Shown here: positions 10,152-18,800 of the stretch, one piece after another
Numbering within the stretch: position 1 is the first letter of the stretch
Layout of the letters: each line of letters opens with the position of its first letter
Source: a virus
Virus record (IMG/VR): IMGVR_UViG_3300045541_000131
Location: 64,001-128,000 of that record
Length of the DNA: 64,000 nt
Direction: 5' to 3' (one strand)
Made by a program: the position numbers and the translations under genes
Notes under the pieces: generated by a model
What the model was told of the DNA's origin: nothing
The model's input: the letters and a program-made list of their open reading frames with translations, nothing else
The model's database searches: none

Positions 10152-10528
10152 TTAAAGTAATTTTCACTGGCGGCCAGCCTAATATGTATCAGCTTGATCG
10201 CAGTTATAGTTTACCAAGTGTTACTGGCCAAGTTCGCTGGAACGGTTCTAGTAAATGTTTTGAAGTATGCGACAATAACAATGGCAATTATTCAGCCAGT
10301 GGTGGTTGGATGAAAATTGACAATACCATTGAAATGAATACTAACGGTCCTGACATTTGGGAAATGCATCGCTGGATCGAAGAAAAGAAACGAGAAGAGG
10401 CTGAACTCAAGGCACTACGCACTAAATACCCAGCACTAGACGAAGCTTACAATCACTACAATCTTATTAAGGAATTAGTTAAGGCTGGCCCTGAATACAG
10501 TAATGAAAAGGAACCCAATCGTCCATGA
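10148..10528 (+). CDS. hypothetical protein
   Basis: Coupled ORF. Confidence 0.6.
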   Translation: MIKVIFTGGQPNMYQLDRSYSLPSVTGQVRWNGSSKCFEVCDNNNGNYSASGGWMKIDNTIEMNTNGPDIWEMHRWIEEKKREEAELKALRTKYPALDEAYNHYNLIKELVKAGPEYSNEKEPNRP

Positions 10529-10998
10529 TTTTCAATAAAGTTCGTGAGCTTAAAGATAAAGGCCTAAAAATCGGCATAACTTTTAGCACATTTGATCTGC
10601 TGCATGCAGGACATATTGCTATGTTAGCGGAGGCAAAAAATCACTGCGATTACTTGATTGTCGGTCTACAAACTGATCCTACTATTGATCGTCCCGGCAC
10701 AAAGAACAAACCTGTTCAAAGTGTCGTTGAGCGACAAATACAACTAGCTGCTGTTCGGTATGTTGACGAAATAGTAGTTTATCAAACAGAACAAGATTTG
10801 CTAGACATTATTCTTACTCTGCCTATTGATGTAAGAATCTTGGGCGTCGAATATCGTGACAAAGACTTCACTGGTAGATCGCAAGGACTTACTAGAAATA
10901 TCGAACATATCTATAATCGCCGTGATCATAGTTTCAGTTCTAGTAATCTTCGCAAGCGTGTCGTCGAAGCAGAATTAATGAAAGAATTAAAACAATGA
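10525..10998 (+). CDS. Cytidylyltransferase (TagD/glycerol-3-phosphate CT-like)
   Basis: TFDLLHAGH (HxGH) and RDHSFSSS motifs. Confidence 0.9.
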   Translation: MIFNKVRELKDKGLKIGITFSTFDLLHAGHIAMLAEAKNHCDYLIVGLQTDPTIDRPGTKNKPVQSVVERQIQLAAVRYVDEIVVYQTEQDLLDIILTLPIDVRILGVEYRDKDFTGRSQGLTRNIEHIYNRRDHSFSSSNLRKRVVEAELMKELKQ

Positions 10999-11918
10999 GA
11001 ATTGGTGTTATTGGATATGGATACGTAGGTAAAGCAGTTGCGGCTGCACATGACAGAAACTTGATTATGGTCAATGACCCATATGCTTTAGAAGAATGGG
11101 AACAGTATACCATTGATCAAATTAAAGAACATACTGGCTGGGTGTATGTTTGTGTCCCGACCCCGATGGCAGAAGATGGTAGTTGCGACACTAGTATTCT
11201 GCAAGGAGTATTGGATAGTTTAGCGGATTACGAAGGTATTGTTATTAGCAAATGTACCGCACCACCAGAATTTTACATTAATATTTCCAAAGAGTGCGGA
11301 AAATATAAAAAGTATAAATTCCGTTTAATTCATATGCCCGAGTTCTTAACCGCGGCCAATGCTCTGCACGATTATATGCATCCTGAACTAATTGTCATTG
11401 GAGGTAATGCCCACGATACCAGTTATGTTTCTCAATTTGTTATCGCTACTGATATGACCTATAAAACCAAGGCTAAGGTTATTAGAACAGACATCGGTAG
11501 TGCGGCCGCTATGAAATATTATGCCAATAGTTGGTTAGCCACTAAGGTTGTGTTTAATAATCAATTTGCCAAATGGTGTGAAAGCCAAGGTGTAAATTGG
11601 AATGATATGGCCGAAGTTTGCAAAGAAGATCAGAGATTAGGTAAAAGTCATTATCGTGTTCCTGGCGAAAATGGTGATGTTGGCTATGGTGGCGCTTGTT
11701 TTCCTAAAGATGTTAGTGCTATTTTGACATCGGCTGGAAAAAAGAATGTTGATATGAGTCTATTACAAAAGCAAGTTGATATTAATAATCAAATGCGAGA
11801 GCAACAGAGATTAGAACGGGAAGAGGCCGAACGACTTAAGAGTTCAATTCCAACTCGCCGAAATCGAAACGAAATTCCTCGTGGGCCGATTGCTCGACAA
11901 CCTCGCCGAAATCGTTGA
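10995..11918 (+). CDS. ugd: UDP-glucose/GDP-mannose dehydrogenase family protein lacking the C-terminal domain
   Basis: GYGYVG, VCVPTP, PEFL, KYYANSWLA, GYGGACFPKD. Confidence 0.85.
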   Translation: MRIGVIGYGYVGKAVAAAHDRNLIMVNDPYALEEWEQYTIDQIKEHTGWVYVCVPTPMAEDGSCDTSILQGVLDSLADYEGIVISKCTAPPEFYINISKECGKYKKYKFRLIHMPEFLTAANALHDYMHPELIVIGGNAHDTSYVSQFVIATDMTYKTKAKVIRTDIGSAAAMKYYANSWLATKVVFNNQFAKWCESQGVNWNDMAEVCKEDQRLGKSHYRVPGENGDVGYGGACFPKDVSAILTSAGKKNVDMSLLQKQVDINNQMREQQRLEREEAERLKSSIPTRRNRNEIPRGPIARQPRRNR

Positions 11919-11943
11919 CTATGCCTAAATACTATTGTATAAT
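11915..11943 (+). promoter_or_regulatory. sigma70-type promoter with nested TAAATA
   Basis: TTGACT(11915)-17 nt-TATAAT(11938). Confidence 0.7.
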
Positions 11944-11985
11944 CTAAATATACGTGTGACCCACCACAATAACTCGGAGAATAAA

Positions 11986-12687
11986 TTGACAGATACAAGT
12001 AAAAACCTAAGCCAAATCCTTCGCGAACGAATGAAGGCCGACAACAAACGATTCTGGGCCGGAGACAACATTAGTGACTACATTGCGCCCAGTGACAAAG
12101 AACACTTAATCAACGAAGCTACTAAAGCCTTTGAACAAGTATTGGACACTCTGCTAATTGACAGGGAAACTGATCCAAATAGTAAAGGTACAGCGCGGCG
12201 TCTTGCCAAGATGTACTTTAATGAGATAATGAGTGGTCGATATGAACCAAGGCCGGATGCGACAAGTTTTCCCAACGATTCGGTGGATCGTTACGAAGGC
12301 ATGCTAGTTGTTCGTAGTGAACTTCGTAGTATGTGTAGCCATCATCACCAGCCGGTGTCGGGAGTTGCTTATATTGGTATCATTGCTGCCGAGAAGCTTA
12401 TTGGCCTTAGCAAGTATACTCGTATTGCTCAATGGTGTGCTCGTCGCGGTACACTACAAGAAGAATTGGCTAATGACATTGCCAGAGAAATTGAAAAAGC
12501 TACTGGTGCCAAGAACCTGGGTGTTTATATTCAAGCCACACACGGATGCTGTGAAAATCGTGGCATTATGGCACATAGTAGTCTAACACAAACTACAGTA
12601 CTGAAAGGTTCTTTTAAAGAAGATCCGGGTGCTAAAAAAGAATTCTTTGACAATATTAAACTTCAGCAAGAGTTTGCTCCGAGGTAA
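11986..12687 (+). CDS. folE: GTP cyclohydrolase I
   Basis: SMCSHHH, IGLSK, LQEEL, HGCCENRG; probable TTG start after SD GGAG. Confidence 0.95.
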   Translation: MTDTSKNLSQILRERMKADNKRFWAGDNISDYIAPSDKEHLINEATKAFEQVLDTLLIDRETDPNSKGTARRLAKMYFNEIMSGRYEPRPDATSFPNDSVDRYEGMLVVRSELRSMCSHHHQPVSGVAYIGIIAAEKLIGLSKYTRIAQWCARRGTLQEELANDIAREIEKATGAKNLGVYIQATHGCCENRGIMAHSSLTQTTVLKGSFKEDPGAKKEFFDNIKLQQEFAPR

Positions 12688-12689
12688 TT

Positions 12690-12875
12690 ATGAAAGATCC
12701 TATTGTGCAAGAATTGGTCGATGATCTTAAAAATTCTGTTGCTCGTGTCAATGCATTGATGGCAGAACTACAAAATCACAGCGTTGAAGTGCGTATAGAA
12801 TATAGAGACAGAAAAGGCGATGAACCACAGCGTATAAATTTGTGGCGTATTCAACAGCATAATGACTACCTCTAA
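12690..12875 (+). CDS. hypothetical protein
   Basis: SD GAGG; ORF within operon. Confidence 0.55.
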   Translation: MKDPIVQELVDDLKNSVARVNALMAELQNHSVEVRIEYRDRKGDEPQRINLWRIQQHNDYL

Positions 12876-13227
12876 CAATATCGGAATCTATCATGTCACC
12901 GGTGGCGGCACAGGGATTAATTATCCTAATTCTGCTATTGCCAATGGGCAATATACAATCTCTGCCAGCAATAACCTAGGAATAGGACAAACACAACAAA
13001 GTGGAATAACTATAATGGCACCTGACGGCGAAGCGATTATAACCTTTCATACAGATGGCAGGATAGAAACAAAAGGCGGTTCAATACAGGCTCGAGATCT
13101 AACCGCAGTAATTAAACTAATGAAGCGTATGATGACTGACATGGCCAATGATGAAGAACTCGCCAAGAAGTTTCCTTACATCAAGGATGCTGCTCACGAG
13201 TGGGTTATGGATGAACTAAGGAAGTAA
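12862..13227 (+). CDS. hypothetical protein
   Basis: Coupled ORF. Confidence 0.55.
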   Translation: MTTSNNIGIYHVTGGGTGINYPNSAIANGQYTISASNNLGIGQTQQSGITIMAPDGEAIITFHTDGRIETKGGSIQARDLTAVIKLMKRMMTDMANDEELAKKFPYIKDAAHEWVMDELRK

Positions 13228-13228
13228 G

Positions 13229-13597
13229 ATGAATATAGAAAAGTATTTTAGTTTTTACGGATCAGCAACACGGTCTGAATATTGGGGAGTGCAAATAATT
13301 TCTTATATTGTATTCTTTGTCTTTGCAATGATGGCTGCTTTAATCAGCACTGCATTGGGACCTTCCGGCGTTATTGCAGTAGGTGTTTTTATCTTTTTAT
13401 TGATTGTTCCACTAACTTGGATTGTAATGGCAACTACAGCAAGACGATGCAGGGACGCAGGCATTAATCCATGGTTTACTGCTGCAATTTTTATCCCGTA
13501 CCTGGCTATTATTCCGTGGATAGTTTTTGGATGTTTATCAACTGTAAAAGGAGAACAAAATGGTAACAAAGAAGAAAGCAACACCAGTGTCAACTGA
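13229..13597 (+). CDS. DUF805-like membrane protein
   Basis: FSFYGSATRSEYW ... TARRCRDAG pattern with TM helices. Confidence 0.8.
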   Translation: MNIEKYFSFYGSATRSEYWGVQIISYIVFFVFAMMAALISTALGPSGVIAVGVFIFLLIVPLTWIVMATTARRCRDAGINPWFTAAIFIPYLAIIPWIVFGCLSTVKGEQNGNKEESNTSVN

Positions 13598-13844
13598 CCC
13601 GGTGATTGTCAAAGGCAGTCATCTCACAGTGACAACGTGGGCCAATGGTCGCACCGAACTTAAATGGGACGACGAAGCATTGCTGAAAGATGTGCAAAAT
13701 GCTGTTCTAAAATACGAGTCAAATATTCCAGCAACTTCATCAAAGCCTGCTAAAAAGGTTGCGGCGAAGATGACTGTCGACAAAAAAGAACCAGCAAAGA
13801 AAACTGCTGCCAAAAAGACTACACCTAAGAAAACTAAAAAATGA
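13560..13844 (+). CDS. hypothetical protein with Lys/Ala-rich histone-like tail
   Basis: C-terminus KPAKKVAAK...AKKTAAKKTTPKKTKK. Confidence 0.6.
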   Translation: MVTKKKATPVSTDPVIVKGSHLTVTTWANGRTELKWDDEALLKDVQNAVLKYESNIPATSSKPAKKVAAKMTVDKKEPAKKTAAKKTTPKKTKK

Positions 13845-13984
13845 TCTTCTTAACTATTTTGATCTTTTTATTAGGATTTGCCTGCATGATTTTGGCTGCT
13901 GCCAAGGGTTGGATTAAACCTGGCTGTGCAGGCGACTGTTATCAGGGTCGCAGGGCTTGCAATTGTAGAGGACGCAATGACTAA
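13841..13984 (+). CDS. 47-aa membrane protein with Cys-rich tail (absent from ORF track)
   Basis: MIFLTILIFLLGFACMILAAAKGWIKPGCAGDCYQGRRACNCRGRND*; fills the gap exactly with overlaps on both sides. Confidence 0.65.
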   Translation: MIFLTILIFLLGFACMILAAAKGWIKPGCAGDCYQGRRACNCRGRND

Positions 13985-14567
13985 AGTTTATTATACTTGG
14001 CGACAGTTTGATCGTGATGTAGTCGAGCTAGCAAGACAAATTTGGGTCAGCGGCTGGCAACCAGACTATATTGTAGGTATTAGTCGAGGTGGATTGCCTT
14101 TGGCAGTGGCACTCAGCAACTATATGAACATTCCAATGAAACCCTTGCAGGTCAGCTTGCGAGATGGAGGCGAATGTGTCAGTGACTTAGGCATGGCCGA
14201 AGATGCTTATGGTTATCCGAAGCAAGAAGTCATTGTTAGTGATGAAACAGATTTTGGTGCTGTTCTAGACGCTGCTAATGATTTACTTGAGCAGGGCCCT
14301 AACTACAAAAACATTCTCATTGTAGATGACATCAACGATAGCGGTGCCACATTTAATTGGATTACAGAAGACTGGCCCTCAGGCTGTATGCCTAATGATC
14401 CGGATTGGGCAGATGTGTGGAACAACAATGTAAAGTTTGCTACACTATGGGACAATCCGGCTAGTAAATTTAAATATTCTGTGGATTATACTATTCACAT
14501 AAAAGATCCCGAACAAGATCCATGGATCGTATTCCCATGGGAACAACCATTTACAGGTGAAGCATGA
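13977..14567 (+). CDS. Type I (purine) phosphoribosyltransferase
   Basis: IVGISRGGL, LIVDDINDSGAT (PRPP-binding), WIVFPWE as in Gpt. Confidence 0.9.
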   Translation: MTKVYYTWRQFDRDVVELARQIWVSGWQPDYIVGISRGGLPLAVALSNYMNIPMKPLQVSLRDGGECVSDLGMAEDAYGYPKQEVIVSDETDFGAVLDAANDLLEQGPNYKNILIVDDINDSGATFNWITEDWPSGCMPNDPDWADVWNNNVKFATLWDNPASKFKYSVDYTIHIKDPEQDPWIVFPWEQPFTGEA

Positions 14568-14998
14568 AAAGAAAAGGCTCTAAGAAAAAATCCGAAATGA
14601 CTATCAAATTTGATGTCGAACAGTTTATCATGGAAGATCATCCATGGCGTGATCCCATTAAGGAAAATGATAACATGTTTGTTTTCCGCGACGGGTTTCC
14701 GGTAAGTGAAGTTGGTCACTTTTTATTTGTGCCAAAGACTAACGACATGGATGATATATCAGCTTGCCTGGATGCGGCTGTAAAACAAGGTGCTGTGTTT
14801 GTAGATCAAGAAATATGTGATGCATTTAATGTTGGCATGAACTACGGCGAAGCTGCCGGGCAAACTGTCATGTGGCCGCATATTCATTTAATTCTTAGAA
14901 AGACAGGCGACTGTGAAAATCCTCGTGGCGGAGTAAGACATGTTATTCCGGGCAAAGGAGACTACACAAAATATGTCACGGATGCTAATTCAGATTAA
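14564..14998 (+). CDS. HIT-family nucleotide hydrolase
   Basis: DGFPVSEVGHFLFVPK, NVGMNYGEAAGQTVMWPHIHLI (first His of the triad replaced by W). Confidence 0.85.
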   Translation: MKRKGSKKKSEMTIKFDVEQFIMEDHPWRDPIKENDNMFVFRDGFPVSEVGHFLFVPKTNDMDDISACLDAAVKQGAVFVDQEICDAFNVGMNYGEAAGQTVMWPHIHLILRKTGDCENPRGGVRHVIPGKGDYTKYVTDANSD

Positions 14999-15203
14999 TT
15001 TTTGGCAAGCCAAACAATTAGAATATTGGCTTAAGGACAACTATCCCGAATGTACCGTTTCGGCAATTGACTATGATCGTCACGTGCCTCCTGAAGAATT
15101 AGATTGGTATAGAGTAGATGGCCCAATTGATGTTGACTTATCCTGCATGATTCAGTTAAAATACGGAAAAGCAAAAGAAGAAACTACAAATGGAAAAATT
15201 TAA
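14973..15203 (+). CDS. hypothetical protein
   Basis: Coupled ORF; start uncertain. Confidence 0.5.
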   Translation: MSRMLIQINFWQAKQLEYWLKDNYPECTVSAIDYDRHVPPEELDWYRVDGPIDVDLSCMIQLKYGKAKEETTNGKI

Positions 15204-16050
15204 AGTCAGTGAAATATTTTATTCGGCACAAGGCGAAGGAAGATTCGTCGGTGTGCCCAGTATCTTTTTTAGAACTTTTGGTTGTAACTTTAAGTGTGCA
15301 GGATTTGGTTTACCCGCAGGTGAAAAAACCACAGAGCCAGACGAAATAGGTCGACAAGTTCATCTATATAAGTCTTTCATGGATTTGCCTTTGGCTAAAA
15401 CTGGTTGCGATAGTTATGCCAGCTGGCACCCTGCGTTTAAGCATTTAAGCCCTAACTACAGCGTTGATGAAGCCATTGATGCTATGCTGGCTTTGACGCC
15501 AAATCATCGTTGGGGACAAAGCAACGGCAATGATGTTCATTTGGTTATTACAGGCGGAGAGCCGTTACTTGGCTGGCAAATGCTGTATCCTGAACTGCTG
15601 GCTAATAAGCAAATGAAGGATCTTCGTAATCTAACTTTTGAAACTAACGGCACTCAACATCTGCACAAGGAATTTAAATACTTCTTGATGGATAACTTCC
15701 ATATTGCCAGAGAAGGTATTACCTTTAGCGTTAGCCCTAAACTTAGTGCCAGCGGCGAATCGTGGGAAGATGCAGTTAGACCTGAGGTTATTAAAGAGTA
15801 TCAACAGGTAGGCTTTACTTACTTGAAGTTTGTAATTGATAAACAAGAAGATTTCGACGAAGTTGATCGTGCTGTTCAAGAATACCGTCGAGTTGGCTTT
15901 ACTGGACCTGTCTATGTTATGCCCGTTGGCGGTACTGATGCTGCCTATTTTAGCAATACTAAACACATCGCCGACGAAGCATTGGCTCGCGGCTATCGTT
16001 ACAGTCCACGACTACATGTGGACATTTGGAGCAATGGTTGGGGAAAGTAA
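15190..16050 (+). CDS. queE: 7-carboxy-7-deazaguanine synthase (radical SAM)
   Basis: SEIFYSAQGEG, FRTFGCNFKC...GCDS, ITGGEP, ETNG, SVSPK, SPRLH. Confidence 0.92.
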   Translation: MEKFKVSEIFYSAQGEGRFVGVPSIFFRTFGCNFKCAGFGLPAGEKTTEPDEIGRQVHLYKSFMDLPLAKTGCDSYASWHPAFKHLSPNYSVDEAIDAMLALTPNHRWGQSNGNDVHLVITGGEPLLGWQMLYPELLANKQMKDLRNLTFETNGTQHLHKEFKYFLMDNFHIAREGITFSVSPKLSASGESWEDAVRPEVIKEYQQVGFTYLKFVIDKQEDFDEVDRAVQEYRRVGFTGPVYVMPVGGTDAAYFSNTKHIADEALARGYRYSPRLHVDIWSNGWGK

Positions 16051-16277
16051 CAGAAACGAGAACTAGAACATTAGTTAAGACTGTTATCTATAGAATATGG
16101 GTAATAGTATCAACTTATGTGATGTTATTGCTTACTGGTCAGAGCATGACACAGGCTCTGATTCCAACCATTATTATTAACTGTGTTTGGATGACGTCAT
16201 ATTATCTGTATGATCGACTATGGAGCCATATAGATTGGGGAAGAAATGAAAGCACAGACGCCAGCACAAGGAATTAG
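16026..16277 (+). CDS. DUF2061-like small membrane protein
   Basis: ETRTRTLVKTVIYRI...YYLYDRLWSHIDWG pattern. Confidence 0.7.
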   Translation: MEQWLGKVTETRTRTLVKTVIYRIWVIVSTYVMLLLTGQSMTQALIPTIIINCVWMTSYYLYDRLWSHIDWGRNESTDASTRN

Positions 16278-16599
16278 TCTTACCGGAGACTACGGCGGAG
16301 CTAAAAACTTTAAAGTAGAATGCGACTGCGGCAGCGATGATCATGCTGCTCATATGTGGATCGAGATACAACGTGATCAAGATGTCCCTGATGTAGAAGT
16401 TAGTTTTTATGTAACTACTTGGACTAAACAGTTCTGGGATGGATGGCCGGCTCGACTACGAGCCGTGTTTGATATCCTTGTTCAAGGTGTACACAAACAA
16501 GAACATCATATGTTGTTGAACAAGCAAAGTGCCGTAAACTTTGCTCATGCAATTTTAGATACTGTAAAAGAAATGGAAAAGAAAAATGGCAATGCCTGA
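16246..16599 (+). CDS. hypothetical protein
   Basis: CDCG...H putative Zn site; coupled ORF. Confidence 0.6.
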   Translation: MKAQTPAQGISLTGDYGGAKNFKVECDCGSDDHAAHMWIEIQRDQDVPDVEVSFYVTTWTKQFWDGWPARLRAVFDILVQGVHKQEHHMLLNKQSAVNFAHAILDTVKEMEKKNGNA

Positions 16600-16774
16600 A
16601 AAAGTTATTATCCCTGCCGCAAAAGATCCCGGACGCGGACATTTTTATGTTAGCCTTTTTAAAAGCGCCATACGCATTGGTGCAGGTCTATATTTGATCT
16701 ATGGCAATCTTTTTATGGCCGGTATTTTCCTTATTGCGGCCGAAGTCCTTGGCGTAGTTGAGGAATTGGTATGA
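16586..16774 (+). CDS. small membrane protein
   Basis: HFYVSLFKSAIRI...AEVLGVVEELV, two hydrophobic helices. Confidence 0.6.
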   Translation: MAMPEKVIIPAAKDPGRGHFYVSLFKSAIRIGAGLYLIYGNLFMAGIFLIAAEVLGVVEELV

Positions 16775-17103
16775 ACTTCTTTAAAAACCTTTTTGGTAAA
16801 AAAGAACAGCCAAGTAATCCAAAAGAAAGTAAAGAGCCGTGGGTTAACGTTGTTAACACTGACTTCGACGAAAGTAACCCTAGACAAGGTTTCATGGAGT
16901 TAGAGTGGAATGACGCTTTTATCCAATTCCTCAAAGAGCATGGTTACACGGGCAAAAACGACGAAGAAATAGTAGACAAGTGGTTTACTGAATTGTGCAA
17001 GAACATTGGTGCTCAATTGGACGAAGAATCCAAATTTGTAGCAGATGCAGATGTTTTACCAAAACGTCGAAAGAAAGTTGACAAGAAATCCAATGAAAAG
17101 TAA
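16771..17103 (+). CDS. hypothetical protein
   Basis: EPWV...ELEWNDAFI...GYTG...WF; coupled ORF. Confidence 0.65.
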   Translation: MNFFKNLFGKKEQPSNPKESKEPWVNVVNTDFDESNPRQGFMELEWNDAFIQFLKEHGYTGKNDEEIVDKWFTELCKNIGAQLDEESKFVADADVLPKRRKKVDKKSNEK

Positions 17104-17305
17104 ACTTAACTGGAACTTTCGCATAAATTGGGTAGGAAACGATCACATTCTAATTGCTTACAAAAAACAAGACAATGATGAATGGGACGAGTTTTTACTT
17201 ACTGTACGAGAATATACTGAATGGATGAGTTTATTGCAAGATTTTAATTCTGCATTTCACGATCGTATTGAACAACAACTTCTTAACTCTTATTTAAATG
17301 GCTAA
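17093..17305 (+). CDS. hypothetical protein
   Basis: Coupled ORF. Confidence 0.5.
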   Translation: MKSKLNWNFRINWVGNDHILIAYKKQDNDEWDEFLLTVREYTEWMSLLQDFNSAFHDRIEQQLLNSYLNG

Positions 17306-18284
17306 AATGTATCTTCTAGTAGACGCCGCTAACATGTTCTTTCGTGCCCGTCATGTGGTACGAGGAGAGGACGCTGAAACTAAAGTTGGTATGGCATACC
17401 ATATTATGTTCAACAGCATTAACAAAGTATGGCGTGATTTTAAAGGTAGTCACGTTGTGGTCTGTCTCGAAGGCCGCAGTTGGCGTAAGGATGTCTACGA
17501 AGGCTACAAGCGTAATCGAGCCGATGCTCGTGCTGCACTTAGTCCAAAGGAAGCAGAAGAAGATAAAATCTTCTGGCAAGCATTCGATGAACTCAAAGAA
17601 TATCTCACTGCTAAAACAAATTGCACGGTACTTCGGCATGACCGTTGCGAGGCTGATGATTTTATTGCTCGTTGGATTCATAATCATCCCGACGATAATC
17701 ATGTTATTGTAAGTAGCGACAGCGACTTTTATCAACTATTGGCTCCTAATGTCAGGCAATATAATGGCATTACTAAACAGCTAATCACTGTCGAAGGTGT
17801 CTTTGATGAAAAAGGCAAACGAGTCTTAGATAAGAAAACCAAGGAACCCTTGCCAGCACCTGATCCTCAGTGGCTGCTATTTGAAAAATGTATGCGCGGT
17901 GATACTACTGACAATATATTCAGTGCTTATCCCGGTGTGCGTGAAAAGGGCAGTAAGAACAAGGTTGGACTTCGCGAAGCATTTGCTGACAGGGATACCA
18001 AAGGATACAATTGGAACAACATGATGCTACAGCGTTGGGTTGACCACGAAGGTATTGAGCATCGTGTCAGAGACAAGTATCTGTTCAATAAACAATTAAT
18101 TGACTTGACTGAACAGCCCGAAGATATTAAACTAGCACTAGACGAAACTATTGCCACTGCAACTGGCAAGACCCGTGTAAGTCAAGTCGGCTTACATTTT
18201 GTAAAGTTTTGTTCCAAATGGAATCTTGTTAATGTGGCAGACAAGATGACAGAGCATGGAGATTATCTGGGAGCGGCATACTAA
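17298..18284 (+). CDS. rnh: T4 RNase H-like 5'-3' exonuclease (FEN family)
   Basis: LLVDAAN, YKRNR, EADD, SSDSDF, GDTTDNI. Confidence 0.92.
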   Translation: MAKMYLLVDAANMFFRARHVVRGEDAETKVGMAYHIMFNSINKVWRDFKGSHVVVCLEGRSWRKDVYEGYKRNRADARAALSPKEAEEDKIFWQAFDELKEYLTAKTNCTVLRHDRCEADDFIARWIHNHPDDNHVIVSSDSDFYQLLAPNVRQYNGITKQLITVEGVFDEKGKRVLDKKTKEPLPAPDPQWLLFEKCMRGDTTDNIFSAYPGVREKGSKNKVGLREAFADRDTKGYNWNNMMLQRWVDHEGIEHRVRDKYLFNKQLIDLTEQPEDIKLALDETIATATGKTRVSQVGLHFVKFCSKWNLVNVADKMTEHGDYLGAAY

Positions 18285-18751
18285 TGATTCTGGCAAAAAG
18301 CGTGATTAAAGACAAGTTTTGGATTCTTGAAGAAAATGCCAAGCGTGTTGGCATGATGAACTTCAAGGACAATAGTTATACTATTAATCTTAGGCGTAAA
18401 GATTTTACGGTAAAAGACACTACCGAACTTAAAAAGATGGGAATCGAGTTTGTAAATCGCGATCTCAAACACGGCGGCCACTTGGAAGTCATGGGTTATC
18501 CCACGGATCAAGAAGAAGTCTTTAATGTCAAGGAAATCGACGGTTATCCCACCTTTACCAAAAAAGCCGCTAGTAAAAGTACCCATGTGGCGGGATGGTA
18601 CGGACTAAAGTTTAAGAATGGATGGGTTTGTAGCCTATGCCCAAGACTAACTACAGTTAAAACCAACGTTCATGTTGGTCCATATAAAACTAAAATGGAA
18701 CTTAAAGTAGTACTAGGACAGCAAAAAACCGAAGATTTTGAAGATGATTAA
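18284..18751 (+). CDS. hypothetical protein
   Basis: TAATG-coupled ORF. Confidence 0.65.
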   Translation: MILAKSVIKDKFWILEENAKRVGMMNFKDNSYTINLRRKDFTVKDTTELKKMGIEFVNRDLKHGGHLEVMGYPTDQEEVFNVKEIDGYPTFTKKAASKSTHVAGWYGLKFKNGWVCSLCPRLTTVKTNVHVGPYKTKMELKVVLGQQKTEDFEDD

Positions 18752-18762
18752 ATAATGCTTTA

Positions 18763-18800
18763 ATGCGTTTCTCTGATAAATACAAATAGGAGAAACGCAT
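18763..18800 (+). promoter_or_regulatory. RBS-sequestering hairpin with TAAATA late-promoter-like box in the loop
   Basis: Perfect 11-bp inverted repeat ATGCGTTTCTC / GAGAAACGCAT covering part of the SD and the start of 18799; TAAATA at 18777-18782. Confidence 0.7.
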
